Of a stretch of DNA of 64,000 bases, positions 55,204-64,000 are shown one piece after another (position 1 is the stretch's first letter; each line of letters begins with the position of its first letter). Source of the stretch: Octopus sinensis (taxonomy: Eukaryota). Position numbers and translations under genes: made by a program. The DNA lies in contig NC_043019.1 of assembly GCF_006345805.1 (NCBI RefSeq), positions 15,375,360-15,439,359 on the forward strand. The letters are read 5' to 3'. The notes below the pieces were generated by a model. That model did no database searches, was not told the DNA's origin, and saw only the letters and a program-made list of their open reading frames with translations.

Positions 55204-56813
55204 AAAAAAAAAGTCAAGATAGAAAATGCTAAAATAATTTTATAAAAAACATTTCAGTACCGGTTTCAGTCATTGAGACTTTTTCAACTGTAACTATAGA
55301 AAACAATTAAATTTTGGAAAAATTAAAAGAAAAGTTTTTTTTTTAAAGAATTTTTGCATAGTATTCAAATACCAGTGGCATTTTCCTTGTTTCTGCCTGT
55401 CTCTGTCTCTCTTGTTTACTCTTGTGGGTTCTTCCCATATCCAAATGTACTTGAACATATAAATATGAATTCACCCATGTATATTTTATTCATTGTTGCT
55501 TCTTATTACTTTATTTCTTTAATTCAAGCTTTACACATCTCAGCAAATGTACCTTTCACCATTCTAGCATAAGAACAAATTGTTCTTATTGGTCTCTGAA
55601 GGGCAAATTTGGTGTCTATAGCTAATGATATGAAAGAATGCAGAAACACATGCATCCTACAATCCAGTGACAATCCACAGACCAATGTATTTTATTTTCA
55701 CATGCCTAGAAAGAGAATTTTTTCTTCTGAGGTTATTTCTACAGTGATAGGTCTGCTCATGTTCAAGTCTACTCAAGCATTTTTAAAATGACTTTACAAC
55801 AGCTACTATGCTATACATTAGATTATCTCACTCAAGCCAGACATTACAATTTTTAATAAAGAAGTCTACATTGGACAATGTAGACTTAAATATCCTTTCC
55901 CCTTTAAGCACAAGGCCTGGAATTTGGGGGGAGAGGGCTAGTCAATAATATTTATCTCAATACATGACTGGTACTCACTTTATGAACCCCAGAAGGATGA
56001 AATGCAAACTCAGAATTTGAACTCAGAACATCCAGACGGACGAAATAATGTAGATTTAAATATATACAAAAAAGGTGGGTTGGTCATGGAAGGAATGCCT
56101 TTGACCATGCATTTGCTTGATCGTGCTTGACCTGAGAGTGGTAGTTAATAACAAAAATAATAAAACATGATATTTCCTGGCTTGGTTTTAATCCATTTCA
56201 GCCTTGTTGTTGTTGCTGCTGCTGCTGCTGCTGCTGTTAGTGGTGGTGGTGGTGGTGTGGTGGTGGTGGTGGTGTCTCGATGTAGAATAACACAATACAT
56301 TTGCTCTCCCTCACATTCTGAACAAATACAATTAATTATTCACCTTGCTTTAATCCAATCATGACACAAAACTAAAAACTATTCATGCAAGACCTACACA
56401 TCGTTTGATGAATTGCTGAGTCTCAAATTTTGCAATCGTCGTCTGAATGGCGTTGAAGATATTGATGTATTCTCACAAATTAGAGTGATTGTTCTTTGCT
56501 TAAGGTTTAACATTTCAGAAATCATAACACTGATAGTGTTGTGCGTATATATACATATATATATACAAATATATATACAAAAATATATATATATATAATA
56601 TATATATATATATAGATAGATAGATAGATAGATAAATATATATACATATATATCATCATCATCATCATCATCATCGTTTAGCGTCCGTTTTCCATGCTAG
56701 CATGGGTTGGACGGGTCAACTGGGGTCTGTGAAGCTGGAAGGCTTCGTCAGGCCCAGTCAGATCTGGCAGTGTTTCTACGGCTGGATGCCTTCCTAACGC
56801 CAACTATATATAT

Positions 56814-56909
<96 letters not shown>

Positions 56910-57136
56910 TACATATATAAAGGCGGCGTGCTGGCAGAATCATTTGCACCCTGGGCGAAATGGTTAGTGGTATTTTGTCTGTCGCTACATTCTGAGTTCA
57001 AATTCCTCCAAGGTCAACTTTGCCTTTCATCCTCTCAGGGTTGATTAAATAAGTACCAGTTTCACACTGGGGTCAATATAATCGACTTAATCCCTTCCCC
57101 CAAATTTTGAGGCCTTGCACTTCCAGTAGAAAGGGT

Positions 57137-57178
<42 letters not shown>

Positions 57179-57569
57179 GAATTAGGTACTTAAGTTGAAG
57201 CAGCAAGTCAGTCCAGTATTATCTGCACTGCTCGAAGTAAGGTGAATAAAATCCAAATAAGCAAGAGGATGTCAATAAGTGATGCAGTTCATCCGTTTCA
57301 AGCGACTCCATTTTATTGAACAATGCATTCATTACATCCGTTTAAATGCAGTGCCAGCTTCAGCTGTAGAAATAAATAAATGGAATTTTGGCCAGTCGGA
57401 CACATTAATGTAATTCTTCTCAAGAAGATGGAAGAAATTCATGTTGCCGCTGTTGTGGCTAAGAATAGACTACACTTCCAAGAATCGCATGAAGCCTATT
57501 GGGGTCATCGTGTTGCAAAGGATTGTAATTCATTTCTAATTCATTCATCTTTTTATCAACTACTAAATC

Positions 57570-57602
<33 letters not shown>

Positions 57603-57941
57603 TGTGTGTGTGTGTGTGTGTGCGTGTATGTATTCACACACACACCACACTATAACTGAAAGTCTCCAAAACAGTTTGATAGATACAGATATATATATAC
57701 ATATACATCATCATCATCGTTTAACGTCTGTTCTCCATACTAGCATGGGTTGGACGGTTCGACCGGGGATCTGGGAAGCCAGAAGGCCGCACCAGGCTCC
57801 AGTCTGATCTGGCAGTGTTTCTACAGCTAGATGCCCTTCCTAACGCCAACCACTCTGTGAGTGTAGTGGGTGCTTTTTACGTGCCACCTGCACGGAAGCC
57901 AGTATATATATACATATATATATTCATATACATATATATAT

Positions 57942-57996
<55 letters not shown>

Positions 57997-58857
57997 TTAT
58001 TTATTTATATTTATATATATATCATCATCATCATCGTTTAATGTCCGCTTTCCATGCTAGCATGGGTTGAACGAATTTGACTGAGGGCTGGCGAACCAGA
58101 TGGTTGCACCAGGCTCCAATCTTCATCTGGCAGAGTTTCTACAGCTGGATGCCCTTCCTAACACTAACCACTCCGAGAGTGTAGTGGGTGCTTTTTATGT
58201 GCCATATATTACATATATATATACAGCAAATAAGAAAACAGAGAGGATATAAAATCAGCAGACATCAGCCGGTAAACATTCTAGTATGTCTATTTATTCA
58301 AATGTATTGGATGAATACACACACATGAATGAATGGTACAGATTAGTGAGTGGAAAAAAACTGGTAACTGCATAAACAAGGCTGTGAATACATGTAAGCA
58401 TATAGAAGCAAATGAGCAAATTGGCAAAAAGCTAAATGGGTGTGCAGGTGCTTGTTCCTTACAGCTGTTTCTGCCAAGAGGCAACAAAATCTTCCAGATT
58501 ATCTTCATCTTTTCAGTGTAAATGCAGGGATGAGCAGACAAATTTTCCTTGTCCTTTAGCCCCAAAATTAGCCCGAATCAAGCAATCTTATGATCAAGAT
58601 CTTCCAGATGTGACCATCCAATTTTACTGTCTTTTTTTTCTTTTTTTATTAGACACAAATACACAAGTGTATCTAGGCATTTTTAAAAAGGTTTTTCAAA
58701 GATTCATGTAGATCTGGCTGCTATTTCCAGTAAATTGAATAACCACATAATGGCCACCTTGTTGACTTGCATCACTTTTTGTATGAATTTTTTTGTATTT
58801 TGCTTTTTCCTTGTGTTTGGTGAAATTCTCAAAACAATACATTTCTATTTATTTCAG

Positions 58858-59002
58858 AAAAACCGTGTTGTATTCTGTATTTGTGAAAATACACAACAGA
58901 TACTTCAAAGTGAATCTTACTATCGCAACCCAAGACATCCACATTTGTGCTCATTTATGGACATTTTTGCATGAGGACCAACTAAAACTTCAAATCTAAA
59001 AG
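58858..59002 (+). other. Candidate 145-nt exon (non-coding or stop-containing)
   Basis: Acceptor catttctatttatttcag|AAA and donor AAG|gtaagc are both near consensus. All three frames contain a stop; the longest (KTVLYSVF...KLQI*) stops 3 nt before the donor. Confidence 0.4.
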
Positions 59003-59019
59003 GTAAGCATATATGTATA

Positions 59020-59432
59020 CTCTTTTACTCTTTTACTTGTTTCAGTCATTTGACTGTAGCCATGCTGGAGCACCACCTTTTGCCGAGTAAATCAACCCCA
59101 GGACTTATTCTTTGTAAGCCTAGTACTTATTCTATCGGTCTCTTTTGCCAATCCACTAAGTTACAGGGACGTAAACACACCAGCATTGGTTGTCAAGCAA
59201 TGTTGGGGGGACAAACACAGACACACAAACATATACACACACATACACATATATATACATACATATATACGACGGGCTTCTTTCAGTTTCCATCTACCAA
59301 ATCCACCCACAAGGCTTTGGTTGGCCCGAGGCTATAGTAGAAGACACTTGCCCAAGGTGCCATGCAGTGGGAATGAACCCAGAACCATGTGGTTGGCATG
59401 CAAGCTACTTACCACACAGCCACTCCTATGCC
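59020..59432 (-). mobile_element. SINE family B, full length
   Basis: Reverse complement of the family B consensus. Confidence 0.85.
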
Positions 59433-59476
59433 TATAAGTATATGTATTATATTTTATTTTATAATATATGTATTAA

Positions 59477-59748
59477 TATTTTATAAGCTTAAAGTTCATA
59501 AGCAATCACCAGGCAATGAGTAAAGAAAATAGTCTAAAATAGGGGCATATAAGCCCTCACGGAAAGAAAGTAGGGTTTTCGTATGCATTGGACACCAACC
59601 CACAGCTCTTTGTTTTCAAGACAAGTGTGTTACCATTACGCATATAAGAACCCTATTTTTTCTGTCGAGGGCTTATATGCCCCAATATTACACTATTTTC
59701 TTTAGTCATTGCATGGTGATCGCTTATAAGCTTTAAGCTTATGAAATA
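59477..59748. repeat. Foldback/MITE of ~270 bp with a tRNA-like centre
   Basis: About 110-bp inverted arms around a 53-nt spacer. Confidence 0.8.
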
Positions 59749-60045
59749 CTCTTTTCTACTAAAGGCACAAGGCCCGAAATTTTGGGGGAGTTGGTGGGGG
59801 CCAGTTGATTAGATCGATGTTGGTGTGTTTACATCCCTATAACTTAGCAGTTTGGCAAAAGAGACCAATAGAATATGTACTAGGCTTACAAAGAATAAGT
59901 GCTGAGGTTGATTTGTTAGACTAAAAAGGTAGTGCTCCAGCATGGCCGCAGTCAAATAACTGAAACAAATTAAAGAATGAAAGAATATACACACACACAC
60001 ACACAAACACGTTATGCATGTGTTGATCTATGCCTTGATGCATAA

Positions 60046-60352
60046 AAATTAGTAGTGGAGAATTTTATCTCCTTGAGAAGTGTGATGTCCACTAAACTGG
60101 CTCTGGACATCAATATCTCCTCCAGAATTGGCAAAGCAACTGTTGCTTCTGGCAGACTGACAAATCTGCCATGAAATGATCCAGATATTTCATTGTTGAC
60201 AAAAACCCAAACATATAAAGCAATGGATACTAACTCAACTGCCCTTGTTTATGGGGCACCATCATGGACCCTGTGTTACAAACAGACAAACCCCTTAAAC
60301 AGCTTCTATCTTCACTGGCTTTGCAAAATCTCTAAGATCAAGTGGAAGGACC
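60046..60352 (+). mobile_element. Decayed RTE (BovB-like) RT-domain fragment
   Basis: ISSRIGKATVASGRLT...TKTQTYKA...LVYGAPSWTL...LNSFYLHWLCKISKIKWKD resembles the RTE RT C-terminal motifs (RIGKA..AFGRL, LLYG.E.WT, F..RCLR.I..I.W.D). Confidence 0.75.
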
Positions 60353-60532
60353 TTTTATCTTTGTATTTGCTTCAGTCATTGGACCGCGGCCATGCTGGGG
60401 CATTGAGCTGAAGGGTTTAGCCAAAGAAATTGACTCCCAGTATTTATCATTTACATCTGGTGCTTATTTTTTTCATCAAATGATTTAGTTACAAGGACAC
60501 AAATATATGAATACTGGAGGGCCAGATATGCA

Positions 60533-60571
<39 letters not shown>

Positions 60572-60907
60572 ACACATACACACACACACATACACACACA
60601 CACATACACACACACACATACACACATCTGTATCTATTTTTATACATGTGTGTATGATTGTGTCTTGTTTTGACGTCGTAAATGAGTGTCACTGTCGTAC
60701 AAGCAGTGTTGTTTATCTCCAGCATTCTATGGAACTAATAAGCTCTGGCTAATGCAAGCATGTATGAATGGACATTAAAATGACAATGATGATGATGATG
60801 ATGATGATGTGTGTGAGTGTATGTACATATACATGTATTTATATATATATATATATATATAATATAAGCATGTTGATATGTATGTGTGTATGTATGCTTA
60901 TATGTAT

Positions 60908-61087
60908 AGGTGCAAGCATGGTTGTGTGGTAAGAAGCTTGCTTACAAACCATATGGTTTGGGGTTCAGTACCACTGTGTTACACCTTTGGCAAGTGTCTT
61001 CTATTCCAGCCTTGGGCCAAACAAAGCCTTGAGAGTGGATTTGGTAGACAGAAACTGAAAGAAGCCTGTGTGTGTATACATATATAT

Positions 61088-61131
<44 letters not shown>

Positions 61132-61390
61132 TACATACATACACACACACACACACAAACACATGTGTGTATGTCTTTGTGTCTGTGTTTTTTCCCCCAC
61201 TACAGCTTGATAACCGGTGTTGGTGTGTTTATGTCCCTGTAACCTAGCAGTTCAGCAAAAAAGACCAATGGAATAAGTACAAGACTTTAAAAAAATGATG
61301 TCCTGGGGTCGATTTGTTCAACTAAAATCCCCATTGAGGTGGTGCTCCAGCATGGCCGCAATCAAAAGCCTGAAACAAGTAAAAGATAAA
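60908..61390 (+). mobile_element. SINE family B, full length
   Basis: Family B head and tail. Other copies or halves at ~400-600, 21945-22180, 22356-22580, 23420-23590, 44235-44610, 53607-54300 and 54858-55015. Confidence 0.85.
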
Positions 61391-62133
61391 ATATATATAT
61401 ACACACACACATACATGCACGCATACACACGCACATATATATACCCATATGTATCATAAAAAATTCACTTATGTAATACAGTGAGTTGAAAAACTACAAT
61501 TTATTGATGTGATTATTGATGCAGTCAACCAACAAAAAACTCCCTTTAGCACTGCTTACAATCTTAAAATTGATAAGCAAGGGAGATAATTCCAATGAAA
61601 TCAAAGAATTGAAACTTTTAGAAACCTAAAAGATACCACTGATGGAAGGAAGTGAATTTTGTTTTTCATCAGTTGTTTTTAAAGTAGAGCTGTAGGGCTA
61701 TAAATAAACCTGCTGGGGTTTAGTTGTGTCTGGGCCCAAGGTTGATGTAAGATGTACCAATCGAACTACTTACCTCTTCCCACTTATCACTCTCCCTCTC
61801 CACCTCCCACTGCTGCTACTATTTAACTCATCGAAATCTCCCTCCACCTAACTTTCTACATATCTCTCTCCTTTTCTCTCTGTATTTTCAACTACCTCAC
61901 TCTATCTAGTCCACATCTCTATTTATTTGTCTCACTCTCTATATCTCCCTCTGCCATACTCTCTACCTCCCTACCTCCCAACCTATCTATCTATTTATCT
62001 ATCTGTCTCTCTGTCTGTCTCCCTCTCTCTCTCTCTATCTCTACCTGTCTATCAATCTGTCTGTATCTCTATCTAGCCGTCTCTCTCTCTCTCTCTCTTT
62101 CTGTCTCCATATATCTATCTGTCTGTCTGTATG

Positions 62134-62184
<51 letters not shown>

Positions 62185-62204
62185 GTTTGTCTGTCTGTCT
62201 ATCC

Positions 62205-62255
<51 letters not shown>

Positions 62256-62314
62256 GTGTATCTATATGTTTGTCTATCTGCTTGCCTTTTTGTCTATCTA
62301 CCTACCTACCTATG

Positions 62315-62347
<33 letters not shown>

Positions 62348-62563
62348 GACCTCCCTCACCCCTTCACCCCATCCTTTCTCCCTCCACCTACTTCCCCTGG
62401 TCTGTCTTCTTCTTCCTCTTCCTTTCTCTCTCGTAGAAATGTTTTATTGTTTACACATGTTTGTATGTCCAATACACCTCATTTAAATAAATTAGTATAT
62501 ATTTTAATTATTTATATAGTCCATCCAGTGTCTCTTTTAACAATACAATATCTGCTTCGTTAG

Positions 62564-62648
62564 CATCATCGACTCTCCACCATCCCTTGACCAGCTGTGT
62601 CCTAAATTATTAGCTGACCGTTGTTACACCGTCCTACAAAGTGAATTG
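62564..62648 (+). CDS. Candidate 85-nt exon (IIDSPPSLDQLCPKLLADRCYTVLQSEL)
   Basis: ctgcttcgttag|C...TTG|gtaaat; open frame in unique sequence. The opposite strand also gives a protein-like frame, so the call is ambiguous. Confidence 0.2.
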
Positions 62649-62669
62649 GTAAATAGCAATGCAAGGCAT

Positions 62670-63440
62670 TGTTAGTATTGGTGGTGGCAGCAGGGGTGGA
62701 GGTGGTGATGGTGGTGGTGGTGATGTCGGCAGTGGTAGCAGTGGTAGTGGAGTTAGTAGTGGTGATGGCAGCAGTGGTAGCGGAGGTGGTGGTGGTGATG
62801 GTAGGGGTGGCAGCAGTGGTAGCGGAGGTGGTGGTGGTGATGATAGTGGTGGCAGCAGTGGTAGCAGTGGCAGCGGAGGTGTTGGTGGTTGTGGTGGTGG
62901 TGGTGGTGGCAGTGGTAGCAGTGGCAATGGGGGTGGTGATGGTGGTGGTGGTGGCGGCAGTGGCAGTGGAGGTGGTGATGGTAGTGGTGGCAGCAGTGGT
63001 AGCAGTGGCAGTGGTGGTGGTGGTGGTGGTAATAAAGCTGTTAGAAAAACTTCATCAAATATATACACTACTGCTAGTTGTTGTCATTGTCATCGTTGTC
63101 ATCACCATCATCTCCGTCATTCTCTCTGTTACTATTATTACTATTACCATCATCATCATCGTCATCGTCATCACTTTCTATATCATCATTAATATTGCTA
63201 TCATCATCACTACCACCAGTATCATCATCATCATCATCATCACCTCCACCATCATTACTACCACCAGCATCATCATCATCACCACCACCACTATCATCAC
63301 TACCACCACTATTATTATCATCATCATCATCATCACCACCACCACCATCACTACCTCCACCTGTATCATCCTCATAATCATCACCACCACCACCACTACC
63401 ATCATCATCATCACCACCATCACCATCATCATCATCATCT
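62670..63440. repeat. (GGT/AGC)n followed by (CAT/CAC)n trinucleotide tracts; similar tracts at 8730-9110, 12775-12975, 37610-37865 and 47215-47870
   Basis: Direct inspection; these are the source of the low-complexity ORFs. Confidence 0.9.
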
Positions 63441-63811
63441 AGCGTATTTCTGTCTACCTGATCACTACTACTATACTCTACACTGCTACCCTTATCCCAC
63501 CCGTCACATGCATATAAATCTATCGATCTGTTATATTACTAACAGCACTCAGTAGAATCTCTGTGACTCTTAATATACCAATATGACAGAGAAAACTTCT
63601 ATGTGGTCACTCATCTTGCTAGAAATAGCAACCAAATTATCTGTCAGGTCACACAGAGAAGGACACATGAAATACTGTATAGTCCTCGATACGCCACCCT
63701 CTGGAACAACATGATGGTCACAATCAGAATGTCTTTTCTCATTGATCTGCTCAGTCAGGACTGACCTGGGGTTAAACATCAACATCAACAGCAGCAACAA
63801 CAACAACTACA

Positions 63812-63997
63812 CCGGCATTCATTGAGACCCTCAGGTGTTCTCAGACCCCGCACTGCAGATTTCCTCTGCAAAATCAGGATAACTGTCGCCCCCGTTTGAG
63901 AAATGAGCCCCACAAGGTGGGCTGGTTGCTGCAGCGAGTGTCGCTGGTCATTCTAAGCTGCAATGCCTTTGCAGTCATGTCCGAGAGGCGTGGCTAA
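63812..63997 (+). mobile_element. Decayed CRE-like (RLE) non-LTR C-terminal fragment
   Basis: Frameshifted IETL-GVL.P.TADFL...WLLQRVSLVILSCNAFAVMS resembles the CRE end motif ET.G..G...FL...QR.S.AIQRGNA. Confidence 0.55.
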
Positions 63998-64000
63998 ACA

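Noticed and set aside
62659-63192. 177-aa Gly/Ser/His-rich ORF and the other long ORFs in the track
   Set aside because: They are translations of trinucleotide, TA/TG or CT/GA repeats, open in several frames at once, with no splice or domain support.

Overview
Eukaryotic, AT-rich, repeat-saturated genomic DNA. The microsatellite load and the SINE and RTE repeat families strongly resemble an Octopus (coleoid cephalopod) genome; this is recognition, not a database result. The window looks mostly intronic or intergenic, and nearly all ORFs in the supplied track are translations of simple repeats. It contains many copies of several tRNA-derived SINE families, decayed coding fragments of RTE, Penelope (GIY-YIG), R4/Dong-like and CRE-like retrotransposons, and a Gypsy-type LTR with a tRNA-Trp primer site interrupted by a piggyBac MITE. 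There are also mariner, pogo and hAT MITEs, two Helitron-like elements and a 44-bp dimeric minisatellite. One convincing small coding exon of an unidentified plus-strand gene lies at 20926-20969/20984, with several weaker exon candidates. The most interesting signal is at least three families (seven copies) of minimal type-I hammerhead ribozyme motifs in short, mostly (TA)n-flanked repeats, with compensatory stem changes between copies. A second signal is a shared GGTAT target motif in the TSDs of two different SINE families. No complete gene, intact tRNA/rRNA gene or CRISPR array was found.
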